From the IMG/VR virus record IMGVR_UViG_3300033388_005634: DNA of 64,000 nt; one strand, written 5' to 3'. The position numbers and the translations under genes were made by a program. The stretch comes from a virus. This document shows, in pieces, positions 50,101 to 59,014 of the stretch; the stretch's first letter is position 1, and every line of letters begins with the position of its first letter. Below the pieces are notes generated by a model. The model had not been told where the DNA came from. It worked only from the letters and a program-made list of their open reading frames with translations, and made no database searches.

Positions 50101-53100
50101 TCTCATGTGTTCTGGATCCGAAGAGAGCTATTTTTTGCTTCTTGCTCATTGTTGGGATGATGTCGTACTTGGCTGTCTCCCTTATGATAAAGTCCTCGAC
50201 CATGTTAGTGTGTTCTACCTTGAGTAGATGGCCAAGAAGAGTATCTGCATCCTTTACAATCTCCTTAACGGTACCTTTAGCTTTCTGTTTGAATGATCTG
50301 AAGGGAGTGCGGAGACGGGTGGGGATGCCAACAGTATAAGCCCATTCAGGAGTATAGACACCTACCGCATGAGGAGCGTAATCTTCGATAAACTGGCCTT
50401 CATACCCTGTCTTGGGATCGGGGCCCCTAAGCACTCCACGTCTCACGAGATCTGCCTGAACCTCATTTGTCACCGCTCTCCATTCATCAGCTGCACGGAG
50501 GGTTTCTGCTGATGCTGATGTTTCCAGCGTATCCCTTATTTTTGTTGCTTCGGGAAGTACAAGTTCAGGATTCCCCCTACCTGCCTTTTGTCTGCCTACC
50601 TCATCCCTTGCATAGATCAGCTCAACTACATTGTAGACGTTATCCTTTTTCATATCCTTGAAGATCCTGCCGGCATATCCCTCTTTACTATAGACTTTAT
50701 GGCGAGCTCTATCTAATGCCGCTACCATATGAACCCGGACATCGTTCACATAGTCTTTGGGAAGATGAGGATAGAATCGGAGGGGATCTACGATCTCATC
50801 AATAACAAACTCTTTTGCTCCTTTTGCTTTGAGGTAGGTGGACTCGAAGAACTTGGGAGATTTGATAACATCTCTTATCCCTTCATACATGGTTTGGAAT
50901 CCACCGGCTTCAAGGGTAGGACCGGGGAAGCCCTTGGGGAAGCGAGAAGCGAGAACGTTGTGAGGAGTATAGCCACCTTTCATCTTGGTGAAGGTTGGAT
51001 CAAATGGCATCAAGTATCCTTGAAGCTTGCCATCAACAGAGAACGTAATGGGCAGACCTTCTCCGGGCAGACCTTCTCCGGGTTTTGGTATCTCCCACTG
51101 AACCTTTGGGCCATATTTCTGACGGATGTAATCAAAGTAGTTATGGGAGACGAAGAAGCCGTTCTCCTTGTTCATGATAGCCACACCATGTTCTGTGTCA
51201 AACACAGCCTTGGCAGGCTTGTGCGTATCTTTCCCTTTCCATCCATCTACAATCTCGGCTATATCTTTTGTTGCTTCTTCAAACACCAGCCTTTTAATCT
51301 TTGGAATAGGAGCGCCTTCCCTGAACTCTACTATATGCCCGTCGCTGAAAAAGGTTCGCTTGCCAACTTTCCCTCTTAAGAGATAGGGGTTCCCTCCCTC
51401 TTTGATTGTCTGTGTCTTCGGTTGCCACACTTCCTTTTCTGGAGGAGTCTTAAACTTGGTATCCTTGTCGAAGATCCTGATGAACGTATCACCAGCATCT
51501 ACATCAACTTTAGGTCTGGTACCTGATGCTTCAACGATCGGACGTTCCTTTCTTGGTGGTTCTGGTGGCCCTATCTTACCTTCCTTAAGCCTTCCAATCT
51601 TTTTCGCAAACGTCTCAAGCGCATAGTTCGTGTTTGGTATGGTAAATGTTGTGCCTTCATGCTCTACCTTGATCCATGTTGGCTGATCTTTTGGGACATC
51701 TGAGAGAGTATCTGGAGCTCGTTTGGAGAGTGTTATGAACTCTTTAGCTACGTCCTTCTTGTCGCCTGATTTGACTATGTGGAACTCTTCCTTCGGGATC
51801 TCTACTAACTTAGCCGGTGGTTTGGTAGGCTCAGGAGCAGCTGGCTTCACTCCCTCTACTGTTTGTTGGGCAAATGCCTCCTCTCCCTCTTTCCAGAGCT
51901 TGACAATCTCCCCGCCAGCTTTCTTTGTCCCGATATAGTTCTCAAGCATCTTGGCCTTGACAGCTTCTGTGGTAAAGAGTTCTTCTTTAAGCATGAGCGT
52001 AGACTTGGTATAGGGGGAGTTAAATGACCAGCGGTTCTTTCCTTTAACAACAGTAGGTGTGGTGACAGCTACTTCCTTTCCTTCCTTTATTGTGATCCCT
52101 CCCCACATTGCTCCAGCCTCTTCAGTTGCTGCTTTCATCTCGGCCTTAGTCCGGGGTTTAGGGATTTCAGCTACTCTATATGCCTCAACTTTCTTAGCTA
52201 ACTCTGCCCTTATCCTCTCTGGAGTAACTTCAGATAGTGGGATCTCGATCGTGGTGCCAGTAGTCTTCTCATTAAAGGTAATGTAATCTGGGATAACACC
52301 CTCTTTGCCCTTCCGTATTCCGATATACTGCCCGCCTGCTTCCTCGACAACATCCTTGGCAAGCTGCTTTCCCTTAACAGGTATTTTCCTCTCGAGGGCA
52401 GGTTTCTTTACTTCCTCAGCTGGTACTGGGGGCTTCTTTACAGCTGGTGCTTTTCTCTCGAGAGGAATTTGTTCCCTCGTCTTGAGATTCTCTGTTACCT
52501 CTTCCTTGATATTCTTCAGGAAGGTAGTTGTCTTATCCTTGATCTTCTTCGGTAGCTTATCCTGCGCACTCTTGATATCTGCTTCTATATTCTTAACCGT
52601 TATTCTCTCTTCTGGTAGCCCTCTATATTTAGAAACTCCTCTCTTGAACGTTTGTGTTCCTATCCTCGCTGTTTTGTGAGCAACGATATACGTTCCAAGG
52701 TGAATGACATCCTCTACTATCTTACGCAAGAATGGTTGAGTTTCCGGAACGATGTTTGAGGATGACCATGTAGCAAACTGCTGGACTTTCTCAAACGGCC
52801 ACGAGAGGGTTTCTGTCGCCTCCATTCCAAGCTTTGTCCTTGGCATATAGGAGAGTTCGGCTGCTATGGTGTCTTGAACTTCTGTAACAGCCTCTGCCTT
52901 CTCCTTTGATGTCAGGGGTTCACGAGGAGCTGGCTGTGGGGGAACTCCAACTTGAGGGAAGGCTGTGGGGATCGTCCCTTCGAGATATCCACCGAGCATA
53001 GATGGGAGGAACGCAGCCATCCCTGTTCCGAATGCTCCTGCTACATCTCCAAGAGCTGCTAACTGTTCATGAGCTGGTTGCATTAGGGGGAGTTGCTCTG

Positions 53101-53557
53101 ATAGAAGAGGAGCAGGTTCAGTAGGAGCAGCTTCAGGAGCAGGCTGTAAAGCTCCCGGTTGTGGAAATGCTGTTTGCTGGAGATCGGGAGGTACAGATTG
53201 CTGGTAAAGCTGTTCTAATCCAGAAGGAGGGGTAATGGTACCTGTTTCAGGAGAAAGTGGTTCAGGAGCCATTGTCGGGTCTCCCAGCTGTGCTCCCGCA
53301 CCCAAACCAGCTCCTTCTTGCTGCTGCTGCTTGATAATGTCCTGCTCTGCCTTCTCCGCCTCCTTATTGATCCGTTCCAGCTCCTTATTCATCATACCCT
53401 GATACTGGAAATAGCTCTCTGCGAAGGCTGACCGTTTATATTCCTGTGGCTTAAACGTGTCAACTTTTTGACTATCTACCGGAGGAGGCTTGCCACCCTT
53501 TTGACTACGGAAGGCCCTGTAACCTTTTAGAAACTCATTTCGGTCTGCCATTGTCAT
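47117..53557 (-). CDS. giant virion-associated protein (2146 aa including a 315-aa intein)
   Basis: Single uninterrupted ORF. N-terminal Q/P/A-rich region and a Lys/Glu-rich middle. No catalytic motif recognised by eye. ATGA overlap with the upstream gene. Confidence 0.7.
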   Translation of the reverse strand: MTMADRNEFLKGYRAFRSQKGGKPPPVDSQKVDTFKPQEYKRSAFAESYFQYQGMMNKELERINKEAEKAEQDIIKQQQQEGAGLGAGAQLGDPTMAPEPLSPETGTITPPSGLEQLYQQSVPPDLQQTAFPQPGALQPAPEAAPTEPAPLLSEQLPLMQPAHEQLAALGDVAGAFGTGMAAFLPSMLGGYLEGTIPTAFPQVGVPPQPAPREPLTSKEKAEAVTEVQDTIAAELSYMPRTKLGMEATETLSWPFEKVQQFATWSSSNIVPETQPFLRKIVEDVIHLGTYIVAHKTARIGTQTFKRGVSKYRGLPEERITVKNIEADIKSAQDKLPKKIKDKTTTFLKNIKEEVTENLKTREQIPLERKAPAVKKPPVPAEEVKKPALERKIPVKGKQLAKDVVEEAGGQYIGIRKGKEGVIPDYITFNEKTTGTTIEIPLSEVTPERIRAELAKKVEAYRVAEIPKPRTKAEMKAATEEAGAMWGGITIKEGKEVAVTTPTVVKGKNRWSFNSPYTKSTLMLKEELFTTEAVKAKMLENYIGTKKAGGEIVKLWKEGEEAFAQQTVEGVKPAAPEPTKPPAKLVEIPKEEFHIVKSGDKKDVAKEFITLSKRAPDTLSDVPKDQPTWIKVEHEGTTFTIPNTNYALETFAKKIGRLKEGKIGPPEPPRKERPIVEASGTRPKVDVDAGDTFIRIFDKDTKFKTPPEKEVWQPKTQTIKEGGNPYLLRGKVGKRTFFSDGHIVEFREGAPIPKIKRLVFEEATKDIAEIVDGWKGKDTHKPAKAVFDTEHGVAIMNKENGFFVSHNYFDYIRQKYGPKVQWEIPKPGEGLPGEGLPITFSVDGKLQGYLMPFDPTFTKMKGGYTPHNVLASRFPKGFPGPTLEAGGFQTMYEGIRDVIKSPKFFESTYLKAKGAKEFVIDEIVDPLRFYPHLPKDYVNDVRVHMVAALDRARHKVYSKEGYAGRIFKDMKKDNVYNVVELIYARDEVGRQKAGRGNPELVLPEATKIRDTLETSASAETLRAADEWRAVTNEVQADLVRRGVLRGPDPKTGYEGQFIEDYAPHAVGVYTPEWAYTVGIPTRLRTPFRSFKQKAKGTVKEIVKDADTLLGHLLKVEHTNMVEDFIIRETAKYDIIPTMSKKQKIALFGSRTHERLVKSKAYPEGIMKEIEVVNTPKPGRLWTEEELAKVDPSFKGKGDHWSYTPDQPFSRTIYMTNEGQMALGRYKNVSLIPADIFRSFKSFSESGSPLVHRMNLITGYWKNMAILSHYPSFNMNNLIGDTFMVAIQHPQPTRLLIEMETSLKYLMNEARAKPHTGHLKELHEFILSEDILGASFFMTELPKQIKGSKNPLRMILDKSMTVSQMREGINRTAYASTLLKSMKEGTASEMIKAHSWIDTKGLDQKAALGKIAREVLVDYAAVSKGFRRIGRGMLTPFGCVDDKTECLTDRGWKRYDELKAKKDRIWSFNLEKGICQWSTLEGVFTSHGYDDTMIEVTNRSCNAFTTPCHSTVIQNRDGKYKVVEAEELLTLPLDSKIPIVANPQEQIGLLAEDNLIKLLGWYLTDATLQKGGAVVIYQSKPGYVKEIRRLLKGLDINFAESIGKPQASSYGKLKKYRFRIAKEDAKIITRIQPVRKLTPELIVMLSSHQKRILIEHMLRGDGSKDKSNGRWKIFVRQNKEQQDLFQMLCTTAGIASRTSTKGVFLQHNTARAIKRSNIRLVKESDYKGTVWCPKTGTGYWLARRNNNIFITGNTWYFHNSRLVHRWMWKNKGKALVGMFAAPLAAQAWNNRNEEARQRELRRPDWLRNKIHFDIEETPAGDARTWALQLPQDVLIGTKIFTIATEMASRVYRGEINPANGKPWTPRDAALRTIKEWGVQEYRGVAYLMAPLIRFYIGLKDRRDPYDKVPIYSAEYNSLNPMQRKWEGAQFFVKTMVPFLGANIIKTQQKKQPIDIAFRRFLDNFIGKEAIGIFDMTPKGEIRLGNGKVYTMDDTARIKWVSNQALQYFNDIERTYIGFRGTNQEFVQSDKFTNTLVEMYDMMGQIDPKLFKPELDKKAKAGIMSQLYGERLVNMLIDPGTQQNRLEVMIERAKTDEERKQIREEYEKQRQARIFLGLRRQPKMERELMFKRKMDGSTLPWQLELYMPP
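48305..49249 (-). mobile_element. intein with LAGLIDADG homing-endonuclease domain inside the giant protein
   Basis: Block A CVDDKTECLTDRG (Cys1 codon at 49249-49247). Block B TTPCHSTV (TxxH). Endonuclease blocks LLGWYLTDATL and LIEHMLRGDGS. Block F GTVWCPKTGTGYWLA. Block G NNIFITGN followed by +1 Thr (Asn codon at 48307-48305). The penultimate His is replaced by Gly. The length is exactly 945 nt. Confidence 0.8.
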
Positions 53558-54747
53558 TTCCTCGCTGGTGCCACTGGTGGTGCCGATTGAGGCCCTGTCC
53601 TTACCCTGTTCTGCTGTTTCAGATAGTTCATCATCATCTGGATGGCCTGTGTGCGAGAAGCTCCTGTTGCTTTCATATCATCAGCAATGTCCTTCTCGGT
53701 AATCCCCTGAGCCATGAGCTCGTCTGGGATCGGGATATCTTTTCCTGCCAATCCTCTACCTGTTCTGGCTAACATATCCTGATCAATCTTATCAGCTACT
53801 TTACTCATGTTATCTGCCATCTGATAGATAACCTGCCAATGCTGATCTATTGGAGTGGAGAATGCAGCAAATGGATTAGCATAAAACATCTTGGTAGCTG
53901 CCTCGATCGGATTCCATTTCGCACGGTTCATAAGAGCTGTCCACTGTTCAAACGTACCAGAAAAATGACCGGCAGCAATAGCCGCATCGTATATCTGGAG
54001 AGCTGCTGTCTTATTTGCCTTGGCTGCATTTACCTTTCTTATAATGTCTGTAAACGATTCGCCAGTCTTCTCCATTTCATCCTTGATCAGTGACCATTCT
54101 GTCGGTGGGAGACCTCTTGCCGTCCTCTTTTGGATCTCAGCTGTCTGGGCTCTTGATTGCTCTGTTGCCTGTCTGGTTTGTTCAATCTGAGCTTCAGCCA
54201 TCTGCCTTTCCTGATCGGTCTGGTAGGTTTGCATGATAAGATCCCATACCTGCTCCTGCTGTCTTCTCTCTGCTTCTCTCTCAACGTTAGTCTTGAGTCT
54301 CGGCTTTCCAACAACTTCAGAAGGGACGCTGGGAACAGTTGTCGGTTCTTGCTGAGGAGTAAGTCCCATCTGCTGAGCAATACCTTCCAGAGCCTCCCGC
54401 ATTTCAGGTGGTGTTCCTTCTGGGAGAGGAGGGTATGTGGGAGCGGCCTGTTGCTGGATCTGACCTATATCAAATGGTTGAGGAGCTCCAACTTGCTGCA
54501 TGGATTCTATGCCAAAGAGCTTACCTAATCCTCTAATAGGAGCACCAATCAAGCTCTCCCCTACAGTAGGAGTATATCCCATTGGTTGGAGTGCCGCAGC
54601 CTGTAGTTCGGGAGTATACTGACCAAGTTTCTCGGCCATAGCAGAAGCATAAGCAGCTTCCTGACTTATCTGTTGCCTGCCTTTCTCCTTCTCTGCAAAG
54701 TAAGGAGCGGAGTAATCTACATAACCTCTATTTGCCATTGGAATCAC
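53554..54747 (-). CDS. Gln-rich coiled-coil virion protein (397 aa)
   Basis: ORF track. ATGA overlap with the giant gene. Confidence 0.5.
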   Translation of the reverse strand: MIPMANRGYVDYSAPYFAEKEKGRQQISQEAAYASAMAEKLGQYTPELQAAALQPMGYTPTVGESLIGAPIRGLGKLFGIESMQQVGAPQPFDIGQIQQQAAPTYPPLPEGTPPEMREALEGIAQQMGLTPQQEPTTVPSVPSEVVGKPRLKTNVEREAERRQQEQVWDLIMQTYQTDQERQMAEAQIEQTRQATEQSRAQTAEIQKRTARGLPPTEWSLIKDEMEKTGESFTDIIRKVNAAKANKTAALQIYDAAIAAGHFSGTFEQWTALMNRAKWNPIEAATKMFYANPFAAFSTPIDQHWQVIYQMADNMSKVADKIDQDMLARTGRGLAGKDIPIPDELMAQGITEKDIADDMKATGASRTQAIQMMMNYLKQQNRVRTGPQSAPPVAPARK

Positions 54748-54760
54748 CTCGCTTTATGAG

Positions 54761-55045
54761 TTATCTTAACCAGACTTCAACCGTACCGGAATTGATAGTG
54801 GTAACTACGAAAGTACTAACGTCAATATCAGTATCAAGTACAACAGAGTCCATACCACCAACAGCTTTTCTGGTAACTGCCACTCCATCAAGAGTAAGTG
54901 TTAATGTATGTCCATCAGTAGTGGGATTTCTCCAGACAATACGTTTGATGAGTAACCTATTCCCATGAGTGATTGGGAATGCAGTGAAGTTAATCGTTCC
55001 TGTTTCATCTAAGATCATTGGGTTTTTAGTCGTCTCGTTTGCCAT
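54761..55045 (-). CDS. small beta-rich protein (94 aa)
   Basis: ORF track. Confidence 0.5.
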   Translation of the reverse strand: MANETTKNPMILDETGTINFTAFPITHGNRLLIKRIVWRNPTTDGHTLTLTLDGVAVTRKAVGGMDSVVLDTDIDVSTFVVTTINSGTVEVWLR

Positions 55046-55055
55046 CTTTACCTCC

Positions 55056-57449
55056 TTATAAAAAAAGTCTCAACCGATTTAGAAGTTTCTTAAACCAAGT
55101 TTCTCTATATGTCTCAATAGCTCCTATATCAAAAGCTCCTCCAATCGGAATAGTCTTACCTGTATAGTCCTCTGTAAGGCTTACATCTACTCCTGCATTT
55201 ATACAAGGAGAGGGCCAACGTAACTTGAAATTCCCACCACTAGCATCTGTAAATAGTGGGTCTGCTGCTAAGTTACCAGAAATAGTGTTGCCATCATTCC
55301 CGTTCTCAAGATTAAACTCAGCAACGGTTTTGTCTGCTCCCCTGTAATCAACATAATCAGTTATCCCAGAACCATACATTAAGTTAGTTCTATAAGTATT
55401 CCCATCTATTGTCGCATCTATTGACAAAACTATGCCAGCAGTAAATCCACCGAGTGAATTTGTAGAACCATTCATCAGTATATTGTTTGTAATATCGTTA
55501 GTTTCAACCGTCACAACAAGATCAGCGTCACTAACAAAAATACATGGTTCTTCTGTATTATAAATAACATTATTATAAATCTTATTGTTGTCACAGTCGG
55601 TATTAGCAGGTCTTATAACGATACCATACGCTTTTCCTGATGCTGACCAACTTGGGTTGGTAACGGTATCTATAATGTTGTAATAGAACTCATTGTACGT
55701 TCCCCCTAAATTCACAAAAAGCCCACTATCTTTGATATAGTTATTATAAAACTTATTGGTAGTACATGAACCTCCAAAAGCCAAAGCTCTCCCAAGTGCT
55801 ACATTTGTAAATGATATTGTGTTGTTATAAACCTCATTAAGAACGGTGTTCCTATCTACATCAGTTTCTTCTATTAACACAGCAGAGTGCGTCCAATCAT
55901 TTATTATGTTATTATAAACATCCCAATTCTGGCTTCCGTTCTTTAGTCCAATACCATATGAAGGGTAGTCTTTAGCTGCCGCCACAATATCCCAATCATA
56001 GACAAGTGTACAGTTACTACTTATAGTACAATTACTAATAGTCCCATGAGTATTATCATAGGAGTCATTAAGGGATAGAATATCAATTCCAAATCGACCC
56101 GCATTCTTGCCAATAGTACAATTATTAAATATTAGCTTTGTAGTGTTGTCTGCATTTGCCAAAACGTAAACAGACGTTCTTCCACCCTCAAACTGGATAC
56201 CATCTATAGTTATATAAGACTTATCTAAAATATAAAGAGCGTGTGCATCATCATAGAAAGAACCTTCAATGTCAGCATAAGCAGTTGCTGGATTTTCTAC
56301 CGCATATACATACAGATAATCATTAGGGTCATCCCACCACCATCTATGGGTTGAGTCTATATTGACAAATCCTGTTTCAGCTTGCATATATTCTGTAGTC
56401 TCTAACCATACTCTATAAGGATTTTTAGAGATGCTTTGAATATACCACGCACCATTATGAGCACCCCCTAGCCAGCCTGTAGTATCTATGTCTAACGCAT
56501 CAAGATATATGGTAGTCGCCTGGCTTGAGTTTAAAAGACCAAACCATATCTTGCTTACTTCTGTTACATGAGTATCGGTTAAAGCCCCTTCTGACTCAAC
56601 AGGGTCTGTGGCATCTTGGTCGTTTGGCTGTGCTACCCCGTCTAACTTCCAAGCCCACAGATTGTTTGTAGCATCCCACTTTACTTCAACACTATAGTTT
56701 GTATTTAGGGATAGTGTTGTTAGAGAGTTGTATATGTGGCTATTCCCATCATGGTAACTATACATCTTTAATCTCAGAATGTCACCTGAGTTACTCACCT
56801 GAACCCTAAAAGCATGACCAAATCCAACATTGGTTGTTTCTAGTATGTAGTTTAGGTTGTCTGTACCAAGTACCGTGAGAACAAACTCAAATCTGTAATA
56901 TGTTATGGCTTCCGCACCAATACCATCATCCCTGACAAACGCACTATTGTTAACTCCAGCAGTAATAGCTTTAAAACACTTATCCCCCCACCCAAATCCA
57001 GCACTTACGTCAGCAGGGTCGGCGTTGGGGTCAAGGGAATTACCATCACCAATGGTTTCTCCATCAGACCATGTTTCATCATACCCAGTTGCCTCGAAAT
57101 ATTCGCTAAAAGTATCACCAGTTTTCCCAGTGGTTGTCCAGTTGCCACCAGTTGCCCACCCGGGAATGTCACCTTTTGAACTTATAATGGGGTCAACACC
57201 AGTTCCGTGTGAAGTGTATAAAATGACACTACTTGACGAACTACCAGATGCAGGAACAATTATCATTTCCTTAAACGTCTCACCTTTTCTAAATGATACT
57301 ATATCACCATCAGCTTCTGGCACATCCAACTGCAAATTAGCCCACGTCGTATAGTCATCAGAAACATCAGACCCTATCTGGTATGTAGTACAATATCCAG
57401 TCGAGGCTATAGATAAAATTAGTATGGTCAATAAAGCTTTAAGTTTCAT
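55056..57449 (-). CDS. signal-peptide beta-helix protein with ConA/LamG-like module (depolymerase/tailspike-like)
   Basis: Trimmed to the ATG at 57449 (AGGAGAGGACA upstream). Signal peptide MKLKALLTILILSIASTGYC. Beta-helix rungs: FNNCTIGKN, ISNCTISSN, VYNNIINDW, VYNNTISF, FYNNYIKDS, IYNNVIYNT, ITNNILMNG. Confidence 0.6.
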   Translation of the reverse strand: MKLKALLTILILSIASTGYCTTYQIGSDVSDDYTTWANLQLDVPEADGDIVSFRKGETFKEMIIVPASGSSSSSVILYTSHGTGVDPIISSKGDIPGWATGGNWTTTGKTGDTFSEYFEATGYDETWSDGETIGDGNSLDPNADPADVSAGFGWGDKCFKAITAGVNNSAFVRDDGIGAEAITYYRFEFVLTVLGTDNLNYILETTNVGFGHAFRVQVSNSGDILRLKMYSYHDGNSHIYNSLTTLSLNTNYSVEVKWDATNNLWAWKLDGVAQPNDQDATDPVESEGALTDTHVTEVSKIWFGLLNSSQATTIYLDALDIDTTGWLGGAHNGAWYIQSISKNPYRVWLETTEYMQAETGFVNIDSTHRWWWDDPNDYLYVYAVENPATAYADIEGSFYDDAHALYILDKSYITIDGIQFEGGRTSVYVLANADNTTKLIFNNCTIGKNAGRFGIDILSLNDSYDNTHGTISNCTISSNCTLVYDWDIVAAAKDYPSYGIGLKNGSQNWDVYNNIINDWTHSAVLIEETDVDRNTVLNEVYNNTISFTNVALGRALAFGGSCTTNKFYNNYIKDSGLFVNLGGTYNEFYYNIIDTVTNPSWSASGKAYGIVIRPANTDCDNNKIYNNVIYNTEEPCIFVSDADLVVTVETNDITNNILMNGSTNSLGGFTAGIVLSIDATIDGNTYRTNLMYGSGITDYVDYRGADKTVAEFNLENGNDGNTISGNLAADPLFTDASGGNFKLRWPSPCINAGVDVSLTEDYTGKTIPIGGAFDIGAIETYRETWFKKLLNRLRLFL

Positions 57450-57462
57450 TGTCCTCTCCTCT

Positions 57463-57861
57463 TTACGGTTGGACCACAACTTCTATTGTGAGGTTGATCG
57501 GGGTAGTCGGAGGAGTTGTGTCTGTAAGCGTATACGATACTTCATTGGAACAATCTGACTTATTGCCAGTAGCATCTTTAGCCAGAATCCTAAAGTAGAA
57601 CGTGTCCCCTGCCTGCCCCGTAAGCTGATATTCTGTAGTGTATTCTGTTTGCCCGGTATACTCTACGTCAACAATCATTACTCCTTCTGTCTGGCAAGCA
57701 GGGCCCTCACCCATTACTGCGGCATGTTGATAAAGTTCCCACCCGGCAAAATCAGCTGATATTTCCTGATCCCATATAAACTTAATGCTGCTTGTCTCCT
57801 GTGCCATAGCTGGGAAACAAAGGCTCAAAGACAGGATGATAAATAACAGTAACTTTTTCAT
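57463..57861 (-). CDS. signal-peptide FN3-like protein (132 aa)
   Basis: MKKLLLFIILSLSLCFPAMAQE signal peptide. FYFRILAKDATGNKSDCSNEVSYTL is typical of a fibronectin type III C-terminal strand. Confidence 0.5.
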   Translation of the reverse strand: MKKLLLFIILSLSLCFPAMAQETSSIKFIWDQEISADFAGWELYQHAAVMGEGPACQTEGVMIVDVEYTGQTEYTTEYQLTGQAGDTFYFRILAKDATGNKSDCSNEVSYTLTDTTPPTTPINLTIEVVVQP

Positions 57862-58253
57862 TTGCTCTCCTCCTCAAGTTTAAAGGTTGCGATTGTTGTT
57901 AACTTCTTCATCTTATTATAATACTTCTTACCAGCTTTGCTAGTAACTATCCTATAGTAGATATTTGCTCTTGCTCTACGTCTTCGTACAAGCCATCCCC
58001 ACTGAAGTCCTTTACTAATTAGATAGTACATATTTTGTTTGAATGTCTTATCAGCCTTCTCCTTACCCCTACCCATATCTTCACGATACTCCCAATCATG
58101 GATATTACAAGCCTCTGTTATCTTAAGCCCCCATATCCTATCAGGTATCAAGTACCCGAAGCCTTTAGGACCTCACCCATTGGTCTTATCCTTTACTTCT
58201 TGTAAAGTTGCTTGCAAATACGACTTTGGGGCTTTCAGGGTTGTCTTTGGCAT
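57858..58253 (-). CDS. DUF1353-like protein interrupted by an in-frame TGA
   Basis: The ATG at 58253 has AAGGAG 7 nt upstream. After 26 codons there is a TGA at 58175-58173. The same frame then continues GPKGFGYLIPDRIWGL...NIHDWEY...ADKTFKQNM, and the track calls a TTG start at 58151. The P.GF...IP...W motif lies upstream of that TTG. Confidence 0.4.
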
Positions 58254-58275
58254 CCTTCTTCTCCTTGCTTAAGGT

Positions 58276-58437
58276 TCATTTCTTCCATCCAAATAAAGTA
58301 GGTATAGACGCACCACCTAATGCACATATTGCCCCAATACACAATGTCATAACCTTACCGTTAATCCCTTTATATATAGCTGCTAGTTCAATTATAAACA
58401 CACATACAATCGCTACAATTACTACAACCGCATTCAT
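58276..58437 (-). CDS. holin-like two-TM peptide (53 aa)
   Basis: Trimmed to the ATG at 58437. MNAVVVIVAIVCVFIIELAAIYKGINGKVMTLCIGAICALGGASIPTLFGWKK. Directly downstream of the amidase gene. Confidence 0.5.
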   Translation of the reverse strand: MNAVVVIVAIVCVFIIELAAIYKGINGKVMTLCIGAICALGGASIPTLFGWKK

Positions 58438-58459
58438 TTTTTGATTCCTATTAAGCACG

Positions 58460-59014
58460 TCAACCTCCTTGTGTCTTACTCCATTCAAAAACAGATTCAG
58501 CAATCGCCTTCCCTATCATTGTAAGCCCTTCTTCGTGGAGCATGAATTTTAAGTGAGTATCGTTCTTAAGAAATAAAGGCTCCAGAATGATCGATGGGCT
58601 GCCCGGGTTCAGGCAGATAAATCTCTTGTCATCTGCCTTAATCGACCATACGTCCACTTTTGATATCTTGGAACCTAACCATTTTTTAAGTTGATGAGAC
58701 ATGATCTCTGTGTAAGCGATACAGCTATCCCCAGCATCATCACTATGGAGGAGTAAAGCATATCTTCCATCCGGTGAGTTAACATGACATTGGATGTGAA
58801 GATCCACTTTCACGCTGTTACAGAAAGCATGTCGAGCGACGTAGTTATCATGGGCAAGGAGAAAAGTCTGGTGGCCAGCGGCTTCTAAAAGCTTGCGAGC
58901 GATTACAGCGTATTCAAGGGCAAAGTCTGCCTCGATATAGCTGTTGTATACAGCTCCTCTGTCATCTGGCCGGCTTTTCTTACCCATGTGTCCTATGTCA
59001 AGTGCTATCTTCAT
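58460..59014 (-). CDS. N-acetylmuramoyl-L-alanine amidase (Amidase_3-type endolysin)
   Basis: KIALDIGHMG...E...DLHIQCHVNS follows the Amidase_3 zinc-ligand pattern (GHG..., E, H.N). Confidence 0.6.
   Translation of the reverse strand: MKIALDIGHMGKKSRPDDRGAVYNSYIEADFALEYAVIARKLLEAAGHQTFLLAHDNYVARHAFCNSVKVDLHIQCHVNSPDGRYALLLHSDDAGDSCIAYTEIMSHQLKKWLGSKISKVDVWSIKADDKRFICLNPGSPSIILEPLFLKNDTHLKFMLHEEGLTMIGKAIAESVFEWSKTQGG

Noticed and set aside
47169-53772. About 20 plus-strand ORFs of 60-216 aa inside the giant gene, and 53839-54528 inside the next gene.
   Set aside because: They are antisense to a 6.4-kb uninterrupted ORF with recognisable intein blocks. I treat them as shadow ORFs.
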